64,000 nt of DNA from Synergistota bacterium (GTDB lineage Bacteria > Synergistota > Synergistia > Synergistales > Aminobacteriaceae): contig JAKJGK010000001.1 in the NCBI GenBank assembly GCA_022704435.1, forward strand, positions 33,554 to 97,553, given 5' to 3'. The notes beneath the pieces were generated by a model. It was not told the DNA's origin. It saw only the letters and a program-made list of their open reading frames with translations, and made no database searches. Both the position numbers and the translations under genes were made by a program. This document shows, piece by piece, positions 10,179 to 18,922 of this stretch (within the stretch, counting starts at the first letter, position 1; every line of letters begins with the position of its first letter).

Positions 10179-10700
10179 CTACGCGTTTTTACCCGCCAGC
10201 TCCCCGAGCAGCGCCTTGCAGAAGACGGGGAGGTCGGCCGGGGTGCGGCTGGTGACGATCCTGCGGGACACCACCACCGACTCGTCCGTCCACTCGGCGC
10301 CCGCCAGCTCCATATCGTCCCTGATGCTGACGTAGGAGGTCGCGCGGACCCCGCCGAGGATGCGCGCCGATACAAGGACGCTTCCACCGTGGCAGATCGC
10401 GGCCACCACGCCGCCGTTCTCATGGATTTTGCGAACGAGCTCCACTATGCCCCTGTCCGCCCTGAGCTTGTCCGGGCCCCACCCTCCTGGCACGACGACC
10501 CCCGCGAAATCCGACGCGGACACCTCCCCGGGCGTCTTCTCCGCCCTGAACGGGCCGCCCATCTTCCCCGTGTAGGTCTTCTTCGAGTCAGGACCTATGA
10601 TGACGGGCGAGTACCCTTCCTCCACGAGCCTGTAGTACGGGTACCAGAACTCCAGGTCGTGAATGCCCTCCTCGACAAGAATCGCGATCTTTTTCGACAC
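10179..10700 (-). CDS. DJ-1/PfpI family protein (type 1 glutamine amidotransferase-like)
   Basis: ORF 10179..10895 trimmed to GTG 10700 (VSKKIAILVEEG...) with a GGGAGGGA RBS. Nucleophile-elbow context VAAICHGG. Also GVVVPGGWGPDKLR. Confidence 0.8.
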   Translation of the reverse strand: MSKKIAILVEEGIHDLEFWYPYYRLVEEGYSPVIIGPDSKKTYTGKMGGPFRAEKTPGEVSASDFAGVVVPGGWGPDKLRADRGIVELVRKIHENGGVVAAICHGGSVLVSARILGGVRATSYVSIRDDMELAGAEWTDESVVVSRRIVTSRTPADLPVFCKALLGELAGKNA

Positions 10701-10817
10701 CTTTCTTCCCTCCCTGCGTATGATTTTTTCGCTCTTGACATACAGTCTATCATAAAAACGATTTACCGATTGAAGACCGTCATGTCCGTCGCGCGCGTCA
10801 TATGGCCAGGCCAAACG

Positions 10818-10826
10818 TGATACAAT
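10818..10826 (+). promoter_or_regulatory. Candidate extended -10 promoter for gyrA
   Basis: TGATACAAT (TGn + TACAAT) about 45 nt upstream of ATG 10871. This argues against the ORF-track start at 10802. Confidence 0.3.
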
Positions 10827-10870
10827 ATCCGAAAAACGTGGTGAAGACGTGGTGGAGGTCGAAGGCGAGT

Positions 10871-13315
10871 ATGGATGAACAGAGGACAGAAGCAACCGGC
10901 AGGGTGGTCTCCCTCCCGCTGGTGGATGTAATAAAAAACAGCTATCTCGACTACGCCATGAGCGTCATAGTCGGGCGTGCGCTTCCCGATGTGCGCGACG
11001 GGCTGAAGCCCGTGCAGCGGAGGATCCTGTACGCCATGATGGAGCTCGGGCTGCGCCCCGGTACGGCGTATAAAAAGTCCGCCCGCGTCGTCGGAGAGAC
11101 GATGGGCAAGTACCACCCCCACGGGGACTCTGCCATCTACGACACCATGGTGAGGATGGCGCAGGATTTCAGCATGCGCTACCCGCTGGTGGACGGCCAG
11201 GGCAACTTCGGCTCTATAGACGGCGACCCCGCGGCCGCGATGCGCTACACGGAGGCCAAGCTGTGCGAGGCCGGGGAGCTCATGCTGGCGGATATCGACG
11301 AGGACACGGTGGACTGGGGGCCCAACTTCGACGAGTCCCTCAAGGAGCCGCTGGCCCTCCCGTCGATGGTCCCGAACCTGCTCGTGAACGGCAGCTCCGG
11401 CATCGCGGTCGGCATGGCCACCAACATTCCGCCGCACAACCTTCTGGAGGTGGCGGACGCCCTTGAGTACCTCATCGACTGCGAGGGAGAGCCGGAGCTG
11501 GGGGAGGTCTACTCCAGGATGCCCGGCCCGGACTTCCCGACCGGGGGGATCATCCTTGGCCGCAACGGCATTGTCGACGCTTACCGCACCGGCCGTGGCA
11601 AGATAATCCTGCGAGGCAGGACCACGGTGGAGGAAAAGAAGAGGGGAAAGACCGCCGTGGTCATAACCGAGATCCCCTACATGGTGAACAAGTCCTCGCT
11701 GATAGAGACGATCGCCTCCTGCGTGCAGGAAAAGCAGATAGACGGAATAGCGGATATAAGGGACGAGTCCGACCGCGACGGGCTGCGCATCGTACTGGAC
11801 CTGCAGAGGGATGCCGACGCGGAGCTGGTCAGGCGCCAGCTCTTCAGGCGCACCCAGCTCCAGTCCACCTTCGGAGTAATAAACCTCGCGCTGGTGGACA
11901 ACAGCCCGAGGGAGCTGCCCGTGATAGAGATGCTCTCCCTCTTCCTGGATCACAGGCGCGCCGTGGTGCGCAGGAGGACCCAGTTTCGCCTGGACAAGGC
12001 CCTGGCCCGCGCTCACATAGTCGAGGGGCTCGTCAAAGCGCTCGACATGATCGACCGGGTTATCGCCACCATACGAGCGGCCCGCACCGCTCAGGAGGCC
12101 AGGGAGGGGTTGTCCGGCCCGCTTGGCTTCTCCGAGGCCCAGGCGCAGGCGATCCTGGAGATGCGCCTGCAGCGCCTCACCGGCCTCGAGCGCGAGAAAC
12201 TGGACCAGGAGTTCGCTGCGCTGCTTGCGGATATCGAGCGGTATCGGAGCATACTGGGCGACCACAGGATCCTGGACGGCGTGATCAGGGACGAGCTGGA
12301 GTCTCTGAAGAGGAAGTTCGACAGCCCGCGCAGGACCGAGATAATCGACAGCTACGAGGAGGTCTCGGTGGAGGACCTGATCCCCGAGGACGACATCGTG
12401 GTGATCCTGTCCAAGGACGGCTATCTGCGGCGCAAGAGCCTCGACGAGTATGTCCCCCAGGCCCGCGGAGGAAAGGGGCGCAAGGGGGCGCCTCTGCAGG
12501 AGGAGGACGAGATCTCGGTTTTCGCCGTAACCAACACCCACAAGGACGTCTACCTGTTCACGTCCGCCGGGCGGGTCCTGACCGTGCGCGGACATATGAT
12601 ACCCGAATCGCGCTCCGGCAAGGGCAGGCTCGTGAACAAGCTAGTCCCCCTGGAGGAGGGCGAGGCCGTGGTGTCGATGTACGGCAGAAGCCCCGAGGGG
12701 AAGAACTACCTCTTCTTCGCGACGCGGAAAGGCGTGGCCAAGCGCCTTCCCCTGTCCGAGATCACCCGCATCAACAGGGGGGGGAAGAGGGTGCTGACCC
12801 TGGACGAGGGGGACGGGATTGCCCAGGTACGGCTTACCTCCGGCGACGACGAGTTGCTGTTCATGACGGCCCGGGGGCAGGCCCTAAGGGTGAGCGAGGG
12901 GGCGTTCAGGTCGATGGGCAGGGCCGCGCGCGGAGTGCGAGGTATCAAGCTGGGCGAGGGCGACGAGGTGATAAGCTGCGAGGTGATCGACCCCCGGCGC
13001 CACGCGCTCGTTATAAGCGAAAAGGGGCTGGCCAAGCGCACAAGCTTCATGGAGTTCTCCCTGCGCAACCGCGGCGGACTCGGCGTGAAGGCGACGAAGC
13101 TGGGCGCCAGGACCGGAGTCCTCGTGGGGAGCTGGTCCGTGGCCGAGGACGACGAGATCATGGCCATCACCGCGCGCGGCAGGATAATAAGGGTTGCGGT
13201 AGCAGAGATTCCTGTGCTGAGCAGGACGGCCGCGGGATCGATAACCGTCCGACTGGACGAGGGCGACAGCGTGGTCGATGTCAGCGTGGTCAGCGGAGAG
13301 GGGGCGATGAGTTGA
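10871..13315 (+). CDS. gyrA: DNA gyrase subunit A
   Basis: ORF 10802..13315 trimmed to ATG 10871 ([12 protein letters not shown]...). Hallmarks: [61 protein letters not shown], active-site region [10 protein letters not shown], and C-terminal beta-pinwheel repeats. Confidence 0.95.
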   Translation: MDEQRTEATGRVVSLPLVDVIKNSYLDYAMSVIVGRALPDVRDGLKPVQRRILYAMMELGLRPGTAYKKSARVVGETMGKYHPHGDSAIYDTMVRMAQDFSMRYPLVDGQGNFGSIDGDPAAAMRYTEAKLCEAGELMLADIDEDTVDWGPNFDESLKEPLALPSMVPNLLVNGSSGIAVGMATNIPPHNLLEVADALEYLIDCEGEPELGEVYSRMPGPDFPTGGIILGRNGIVDAYRTGRGKIILRGRTTVEEKKRGKTAVVITEIPYMVNKSSLIETIASCVQEKQIDGIADIRDESDRDGLRIVLDLQRDADAELVRRQLFRRTQLQSTFGVINLALVDNSPRELPVIEMLSLFLDHRRAVVRRRTQFRLDKALARAHIVEGLVKALDMIDRVIATIRAARTAQEAREGLSGPLGFSEAQAQAILEMRLQRLTGLEREKLDQEFAALLADIERYRSILGDHRILDGVIRDELESLKRKFDSPRRTEIIDSYEEVSVEDLIPEDDIVVILSKDGYLRRKSLDEYVPQARGGKGRKGAPLQEEDEISVFAVTNTHKDVYLFTSAGRVLTVRGHMIPESRSGKGRLVNKLVPLEEGEAVVSMYGRSPEGKNYLFFATRKGVAKRLPLSEITRINRGGKRVLTLDEGDGIAQVRLTSGDDELLFMTARGQALRVSEGAFRSMGRAARGVRGIKLGEGDEVISCEVIDPRRHALVISEKGLAKRTSFMEFSLRNRGGLGVKATKLGARTGVLVGSWSVAEDDEIMAITARGRIIRVAVAEIPVLSRTAAGSITVRLDEGDSVVDVSVVSGEGAMS

Positions 13316-13944
13316 GGATGGCTCGCGAAGGAGTCCCGGCGCTGGCCTTCATCTCCTTCATGATCGCCGGCAGCCTGTACTTCGCTCCTCCCGTGGCCCT
13401 GTTCCTGGCCCCTCTGCTGCCGTTCGTGTTCTGGTTTTATAGGGATCCCGAGAGGCAGCCCGACGGCGAGGGTTGTCTGTCGCCAGTCGACGGGGTGGTG
13501 ACAGGGATCGAGTCGGGGGAGTACCCGTCCGTGGGAAAGGCGATGCGAATAAGCCTGGCTACGGCGCTGACGGACGCGCACGTCCTCCGTTCCCCCTGTT
13601 CAGGAAGGGTGGATCGGCTGGTGAGGTTCCCGAGAAAGCTGCCGATAGGAACGCCGTCCAACGCGGCTCGAAGATGGGAGAGGGTTGTAGTCGAGTTGTC
13701 GACCGACTGCGGGCCGATCTTGATCGCCCACACCGCGGGTTTCCCGGGAAGAAACGTTGTCTGCAGGCTCGCCAGGGGAAGCGGACTCGAGAGGGGGGGC
13801 GGGTACGGCATAATCCCCTCGCTAGCCAGGACAGAGATATACCTTCCGCCGGGGACGGATATACTGGTGGAAGAGGGCAGGAGGGTGTTTGCAGGCAAGA
13901 CAGTTCTGGGATTCCCTGCTGTGGGCTCGGAGGTCAACCTATAA
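13312..13944 (+). CDS. Phosphatidylserine decarboxylase family protein (short form, atypical)
   Basis: 210 aa. The start overlaps the gyrA stop (TTG 13312 or ATG 13318). PSD-family motifs: [28 protein letters not shown]. The expected FGS(R) cleavage motif is not visible (see findings). Confidence 0.6.
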   Translation: MRMAREGVPALAFISFMIAGSLYFAPPVALFLAPLLPFVFWFYRDPERQPDGEGCLSPVDGVVTGIESGEYPSVGKAMRISLATALTDAHVLRSPCSGRVDRLVRFPRKLPIGTPSNAARRWERVVVELSTDCGPILIAHTAGFPGRNVVCRLARGSGLERGGGYGIIPSLARTEIYLPPGTDILVEEGRRVFAGKTVLGFPAVGSEVNL

Positions 13945-14908
13945 ACCGCAAGAGCAGCAGGATGGCGATCAGGGCGACCATCGAGCCGAGGACCAGCCCG
14001 TAGAGCCAGGCAGGATCGCCTTCGGATGATTGAGCGACTGTGGCTGCAGAGGGGGCATGTTCCTCCGCCTTTTCAGCCGGCTTAGTCGCATCCGCCAGGG
14101 TAAGCGCTTTTTTCGAGGCCGCTTCCGTTCGGAGGCGACTGTTGCCCTCCAAGGAGACCACACCCTTGAACTCGTCCGACAGGTGCACCAGCAGGGTGAA
14201 TCCCCCGTGTCTGTCCTGGTGAACCGACACCACCTCGCCCTTGACGATGCCGTCGAACGCGGGGTCGGCCCGTTGCAGCTTCTCCCTTACCGGGGCGGTC
14301 TCGTCCTCAGGCAGGCGCAGCAGAACCAGGTCGCCCTGGTTTAAGGATGCCACAGGCGTTCCCTTGACCGGATCGATGACCGGAGCGCAGGGAACCAGGA
14401 AAGAAAGCGGTTCCGTCGAGCCCGGTTCGCCAGGCGCGTCGGCTCCGGCCTCGCGGATGAAGGGCGCGAGGCTCTCCGGGTCGCAGCGCTCCACGTGCAG
14501 ATATGCGGTGACGCGGTAGCCAAGCCTGGCCAGGATCTCCCTGCGCACCGACTCCTCCAGCGTCTTGATATAGCTGTCCTCCCTGTCCAGAACCTGTCTC
14601 GCCTCGCCGGGGGCAAGGACCTCGATCAGCAACATCTCAAGCTCCTCCAGCTTGTTGGAGGGGATCGGAGGCTCCTCCAGCGCGCCATCCTCAAGGAGCT
14701 GCTCCGCATAGAGCAGGAAATTGACACTCTCGCTCCGAACGATGGCCCCGCGGTCCGAATCCTCCCCGTTGGGCGAGAGGACGGTTCTAAAGGAGACCAC
14801 TCCCGCCGGGGACAGTATCTCGTAAAAGTAGACGTCAAATCTCTCAGTCTTGGTTTTTCTTACCGAAAGAATGCACTTTAATACGTTAAGTTGCGGAAGT
14901 GAATTCAC
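13934..14908 (-). CDS. Hypothetical protein with C-terminal transmembrane anchor
   Basis: 324 aa, GTG start with an AGGAAG RBS. Single C-terminal hydrophobic helix ([24 protein letters not shown]). No family recognised. Its 3' end overlaps the PSD-like gene by 11 nt. Confidence 0.5.
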   Translation of the reverse strand: MNSLPQLNVLKCILSVRKTKTERFDVYFYEILSPAGVVSFRTVLSPNGEDSDRGAIVRSESVNFLLYAEQLLEDGALEEPPIPSNKLEELEMLLIEVLAPGEARQVLDREDSYIKTLEESVRREILARLGYRVTAYLHVERCDPESLAPFIREAGADAPGEPGSTEPLSFLVPCAPVIDPVKGTPVASLNQGDLVLLRLPEDETAPVREKLQRADPAFDGIVKGEVVSVHQDRHGGFTLLVHLSDEFKGVVSLEGNSRLRTEAASKKALTLADATKPAEKAEEHAPSAATVAQSSEGDPAWLYGLVLGSMVALIAILLLLRFIG

Positions 14909-15022
14909 CGATTTTCTTCCTTTCGTTCATGCTCAAATGTATTATAATAGCTTCAGGTCTTTTGTGAAAGCCCGCCCGTCTGGCGGCGATCCCGTTGCCG
15001 CCCGGAGAAAGGAGGCTGTTCA

Positions 15023-15874
15023 GTGCATATTCGTTCAAATAGCTCGCCTGCAAGCTTCGGAGATGGAGAGGTCCTGCTTCACTTCTTCGAGGAGGGAGCG
15101 AGCGACGACTCGCCATTGGTGTTGTTGTTTCACGGCGTACACGGCAGCGCGACTCCCGCGGAGGGGAACAAGTACGGGTACCTGGCCCGGTCGCTGGCCC
15201 GAAGCGGCTGCCTGGCATGCGTAGTGGAGACCGGCAGGTTGCGACGCGACAAGGCGACCTTCGGGGATGACAGGGTCGCTTGGGCGATAGCAGCGTTTCA
15301 AGGCAAGACGTTCGCCATGGAGGTGTACGACGCGTGCTCCGCGCTCGAGTCCGCAGTGGGCGAATGGCCGGGGCGCCCTGTAGTCCTTTGGGGGTTCTCC
15401 CTGGGGGGCATAATCTCCGTCCTCCTGGCCGGAAAGGAGGTTTCTGGTTTCGTGCGCCAAACCGGCCTGCGCGCTCCTGTGATACCGGCTGTAAACGCCC
15501 TCGTCGTATCGGGAAGCGGGGACCGGGTGCGCACCCAGGCGTCCGACGGGCTCAACCTTCCCATACTGGATACCCTCGGCAGCAGCGAGACGGTCCACAT
15601 CGCGGCCTCCAAGGCATCGCCGGACTTCGCCCTGTTCTTCTACGGCGGGTGCGACGAGACGTTCGACGAGGAATCATCCCGACGGATCTTTCGCAGCCTG
15701 AGGCTGGATGAAGAGGACAAGGAGTTCATAATCCTTCCCGGGGTAGATCACGCATTCCGCACACAGGACGGCGTGTCCTCCCTGGAACCGCTGGACAGAA
15801 TGCTAGAGATCACCACGGCCACCCTGGGGAGATACCGAACGACAGGAGGATGTCCGGCCCGGCCAGAAGAGTGA
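15023..15874 (+). CDS. Alpha/beta hydrolase
   Basis: 283 aa. GTG start with an AAGGAGG RBS 7 nt upstream. Nucleophile elbow GFSLGG. Also LVLLFHGVHG and a C-terminal VDHAF (His). Confidence 0.7.
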   Translation: MHIRSNSSPASFGDGEVLLHFFEEGASDDSPLVLLFHGVHGSATPAEGNKYGYLARSLARSGCLACVVETGRLRRDKATFGDDRVAWAIAAFQGKTFAMEVYDACSALESAVGEWPGRPVVLWGFSLGGIISVLLAGKEVSGFVRQTGLRAPVIPAVNALVVSGSGDRVRTQASDGLNLPILDTLGSSETVHIAASKASPDFALFFYGGCDETFDEESSRRIFRSLRLDEEDKEFIILPGVDHAFRTQDGVSSLEPLDRMLEITTATLGRYRTTGGCPARPEE

Positions 15875-16580
15875 TCAGACCTCCGGCCGCCAGGAATGGC
15901 ACCAGCGGGACAGTGTCCTTGCGGTCGACCCTGCCGAAGGCCAGCAGAAGGATGATGATGCCGCCGCCCAGCATGAACCCGGTGTAGAGCGTCAGGAGGA
16001 GCATCTTCCACCCCAATAAGGCCCCGGTTCCGGCCGCGATGGTGGCGTCTCCCCATCCCATACCGCCCCTTGATAGCAGTATAATACATCCTATGACTAG
16101 CAGCCCGGCGGCGGCGCCTGCCGCCCCGTCCAGCAGGGCGCCGCCGCCGCCGCCGATTCGGAGGAGGCCGCCCGCGACTCCCATGGCCAGTGGGAAGACG
16201 TCGAAGACGTAGCCCTCCTCGATGTCCGTCAGTGCGTTCAAGAACAGGCCGAAGGCCGCGGTCATCGAGAACAGAAGTGCGGTCGAAATCCCCCATCTCC
16301 AGGCCAACAGGCCTCCCGCGGCCGCTCCCAGCACCTCGACCGCCAGGCAGCGGATACCGATTTTTGCGTGACACCGGCGGCACCTTCCGCGGAGCATCAG
16401 CCACGAGAACAGGGGCACAAGGTCCCTCCACTCCAACACGGCCCCGCAAGTCTCGCAGGAGGAGCGCTCCGACCATCCCCACGGCCTGCCGGAGACGGTC
16501 CTTGAGGCGACGACATTTATGAAAGACCCCAAAGAAGCGCCCAGCAGCGCGAAGAATATTATGATAAACCCGGCTTCCAT
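15810..16580 (-). CDS. pilD: Prepilin peptidase (A24 family, type IV leader peptidase)
   Basis: 256 aa. N-terminal Cys pairs (CETCG...CRRCH). Two Asp motifs in membrane context (LNALTDIEEGYV, GMGWGDATIAAGTGALLG). Also VPLVPFLAAG. Confidence 0.85.
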   Translation of the reverse strand: MEAGFIIIFFALLGASLGSFINVVASRTVSGRPWGWSERSSCETCGAVLEWRDLVPLFSWLMLRGRCRRCHAKIGIRCLAVEVLGAAAGGLLAWRWGISTALLFSMTAAFGLFLNALTDIEEGYVFDVFPLAMGVAGGLLRIGGGGGALLDGAAGAAAGLLVIGCIILLSRGGMGWGDATIAAGTGALLGWKMLLLTLYTGFMLGGGIIILLLAFGRVDRKDTVPLVPFLAAGGLITLLAGPDILLSFGISPGWPW

Positions 16581-16710
16581 CTGTCACCAGCTCCTTATGG
16601 GAAGACTATAGCACAAGGTTTCAACGCTTCCAGTGCAGACGGAGGTTTTTTGCACCCCGGCGCACGTAGCCGCGAATCCGAATCACTATTATCTAAATCT
16701 CAGGAAAAGT

Positions 16711-16718
16711 TGTATAAT
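16711..16718 (+). promoter_or_regulatory. Candidate extended -10 promoter for the usp gene
   Basis: TGTATAAT, 55 nt upstream of ATG 16773. Confidence 0.35.
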
Positions 16719-16772
16719 GAAACCGGGGCGGGGATTCCAGTTTCTTGTCCACATCAGAAAGGAGGAATAGCC

Positions 16773-17231
16773 ATGTTCAAGAAGATATTGGTCGCGGTGG
16801 ATATGAGCAAGATGTCGGAGGAAGTCTTTTATTACGGTTGCTTGCTTGCATTTCGCCTGGGCGCCGAGGCGACGTTTCTGCACGTGCTCCCGCACCCGAC
16901 GCTCTGGAGAGGGTACGAACCCTGGCTGCCTCCGGAGATCGACGTGGAGGTCTCGGAGATAGCTCGAAAGAAGCTTGACTACTACTTCCGCAAGGCGAAG
17001 GAGAACCATCCGGAGCTTGAGCAGGCTAGTTTCGAGATGGTGGTCAAGGAGGGAAACCCCTCGGACGTGATCATAAACTACGCGAAGGAAAACGACATGC
17101 ACCTCATCGTCATAGGCTACAGGGGGCAGAGCACGCTCGAACGGCTCGTGGTGGGCAGCACCGCCACCAATGTTGGAAGATACGCGCACTGCTCCGTCCT
17201 GATCTTTCGCCCCGGGGAGCAGGTCATCTGA
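16773..17231 (+). CDS. Universal stress protein (UspA family)
   Basis: ORF 16650..17231 trimmed to ATG 16773 (AGGAGG RBS). Family segments: MFKKILVAVDMS..., HLIVIGYRGQSTLERLVVGSTATNVGRYAHCSVLIF. Confidence 0.85.
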   Translation: MFKKILVAVDMSKMSEEVFYYGCLLAFRLGAEATFLHVLPHPTLWRGYEPWLPPEIDVEVSEIARKKLDYYFRKAKENHPELEQASFEMVVKEGNPSDVIINYAKENDMHLIVIGYRGQSTLERLVVGSTATNVGRYAHCSVLIFRPGEQVI

Positions 17232-17261
17232 GGCCTCTTCGGGTCGAAGAATGCGGCTCCC

Positions 17262-17295
17262 GAAGCGCCCCGCTGGTCGGGGCGCTTCATATTTG
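17262..17295 (+). terminator. Rho-independent terminator after usp
   Basis: GAAGCGCCCC (17262-17271), 7 nt loop, GGGGCGCTTC (17279-17288): a 10 bp perfect stem, followed by ATATTTG. Confidence 0.7.
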
Positions 17296-17422
17296 AAAAT
17301 ACCGGCGGAGAAACCTCTGAACTCGGCTTTCGTGAGAAGGCCGTGTCATGCCCCGGGTTGCGCCTGCACTGCCGCCGACCGGTGAAAGGGCTCGCGCATC
17401 CCCTTGGCCTGACAGAACCTAT

Positions 17423-17812
17423 TCACTTTTTTCTCGTCCCGTATATCTCCTGGCCGTATGTCCTGTGCTTTTTCTGCTCCTCCTGCGGCCGGTCTTTCTC
17501 GGTAGCGCTCAGCGATTTTTTCAGCATCTGGGCCAGCATCTCTTTTTTCCTCTGCTCCTCGTCAAGAGCCCCCGCATTGCCCATTGTGTTTCGGTCCAGG
17601 TACCCAAGGTCGACAAGAGCCTGGACCCTGAGAATGTCGATCTCCATCTCCTCTGAGAGGGAGTCCACGCTGTACTCGGCCCCCTTCTGATCCCTTATGT
17701 ACTCGCGCACCTTCGGATAGAGCTCGTCTATCTCCTGCAGACACTGCGGGCAGTACTTGCCCCGCGCGCTGTCGTAAAGCCTTCCGCATATTTTGCACGG
17801 TTTCAAGGCCAA
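17423..17812 (-). CDS. Zinc-ribbon protein, YvyF-like (flagellar-operon protein family?)
   Basis: 129 aa. N-terminal CxxC...CxxC (CKICGRLY...YCPQCLQE) followed by YPKVREYIRDQKG. The architecture resembles B. subtilis YvyF from memory. Lys/Glu-rich tail. Confidence 0.4.
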   Translation of the reverse strand: MALKPCKICGRLYDSARGKYCPQCLQEIDELYPKVREYIRDQKGAEYSVDSLSEEMEIDILRVQALVDLGYLDRNTMGNAGALDEEQRKKEMLAQMLKKSLSATEKDRPQEEQKKHRTYGQEIYGTRKK

Positions 17813-18012
17813 ATTTACCTCCCCCTTTCAAGCGCCAAATTATGTAAAAACCCGGTTGTTGCTGCTCGGGCCGCGGCGGATTCATGGACTGGAATCGCCA
17901 AGCCTGATTTCCGAGACGCCCTTGGAGGATAATATACCATAACTCGGCGGGGTGAGGGAGTCCTCGCACCCAAAGCTGTCTGGCCGAAGATGAGGCATTA
18001 TCGCCGGTTTTC

Positions 18013-18021
18013 TGTTAAAAT
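18013..18021 (+). promoter_or_regulatory. Candidate extended -10 promoter for mce
   Basis: TGTTAAAAT, about 50 nt upstream of ATG 18073. Confidence 0.3.
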
Positions 18022-18072
18022 ATACGCAACAAGTCAAAGTTGTTAATAATACCGTTGAAAGGGGAAGCATAG

Positions 18073-18474
18073 ATGAGACCGACCGTAGTTGATCACATTG
18101 GCATAGCCGTAAAATCGATAGAAGACGCCCTCGCCTTCTGGGAGTCCTCCCTTGGCATCAAGTGCACCGGGATTGAGGAAGTGGCGGAACAGAGGGTGAA
18201 GACGGCCTTCCTTCCACTGGGAGACACCGAGGTGGAGCTGCTCGAGGCCACATCCGACGACAGCCCCGTGGCCAAGTTCATCGAGAAGAAGGGAGAGGGG
18301 ATCCACCATATCGCAATCCGCGTGGAGAACCTGGAGGAGGCCCTGAACGAGCTGAAGGAGAAGGGGATAAAATTGATAGACGAGACGCCGCGGTACGGCG
18401 CGGGTGGCGCGAGAATAGCGTTCGTGCACCCGAAGAGCACAGGCGGCGTGCTGCTGGAGCTCAGTGAAAGATAG
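18073..18474 (+). CDS. mce: Methylmalonyl-CoA epimerase (VOC/glyoxalase fold)
   Basis: 133 aa. Family segments: [63 protein letters not shown]. Confidence 0.85.
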   Translation: MRPTVVDHIGIAVKSIEDALAFWESSLGIKCTGIEEVAEQRVKTAFLPLGDTEVELLEATSDDSPVAKFIEKKGEGIHHIAIRVENLEEALNELKEKGIKLIDETPRYGAGGARIAFVHPKSTGGVLLELSER

Positions 18475-18509
18475 CCTCTCTGCCCCCGTAAAAGGAGTTG
18501 AACGGAATT

Positions 18510-18689
18510 ATGAACGCGGATCTTGCAACCGGCGCTTCTCGCGCCACGGAGGGACTATCCGGTGTCGGCGGCGCCTTCACGATGTGCATTATCGCATTCA
18601 GCGTGGTATTCCTGGTGCTGGGCGGTCTGACCGGGGTCATATACGGGATCAAGCATATAGCGGACGGCATCGCGCGCGGCGCGAAGTAG
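18510..18689 (+). CDS. OadG-family small membrane protein (Na+-decarboxylase gamma/delta-type subunit)
   Basis: ORF 18498..18689 trimmed to ATG 18510. One TM helix (FTMCIIAFSVVFLVLGGLTGVIYGI). Size and position next to mce fit the OadG/MmdD family. Confidence 0.5.
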   Translation: MNADLATGASRATEGLSGVGGAFTMCIIAFSVVFLVLGGLTGVIYGIKHIADGIARGAK

Positions 18690-18922
18690 GCGCTCCGCTG
18701 TTTGGCGCTGCGGGCGTCCGCACGGATTCGTAGCCCGTATAACATGCAGTCAACGGAGGGTCGTTATACATGAGCAAAAAGCGCGGTCTCCGCAGGCAGC
18801 CCCGTGAAGAGCGGCGAAAACACCGGCGACGTCATGATGATCATCGCCCGAGCCGGCGTGGATGACTACGGGGGCCGGTTCGCCGGTCCCCTCTTTTATG
18901 TGGCGATACGGGGGGATGAAGT

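Noticed and set aside
10802-10870. Upstream in-frame starts given by the ORF track for gyrA. The same issue applies to usp (16650), OFOR alpha (24035), argS (50398), recG (59886), nrdR (39895) and rpsU (39708).
   Set aside because: The extensions lack homology, often overlap the preceding gene or promoter elements, and internal starts with good RBS spacing coincide with the beginning of family-conserved sequence.
18770-18865. Alternative small ORF MSKKRGLRRQPREERRKHRRRHDDHRPSRRG upstream of the fumarate hydratase genes.
   Set aside because: Highly basic low-complexity product. By my count only about 17 of its 31 codons end in G or C, clearly fewer than in the overlapping frame reported in the findings. 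No RBS is evident.
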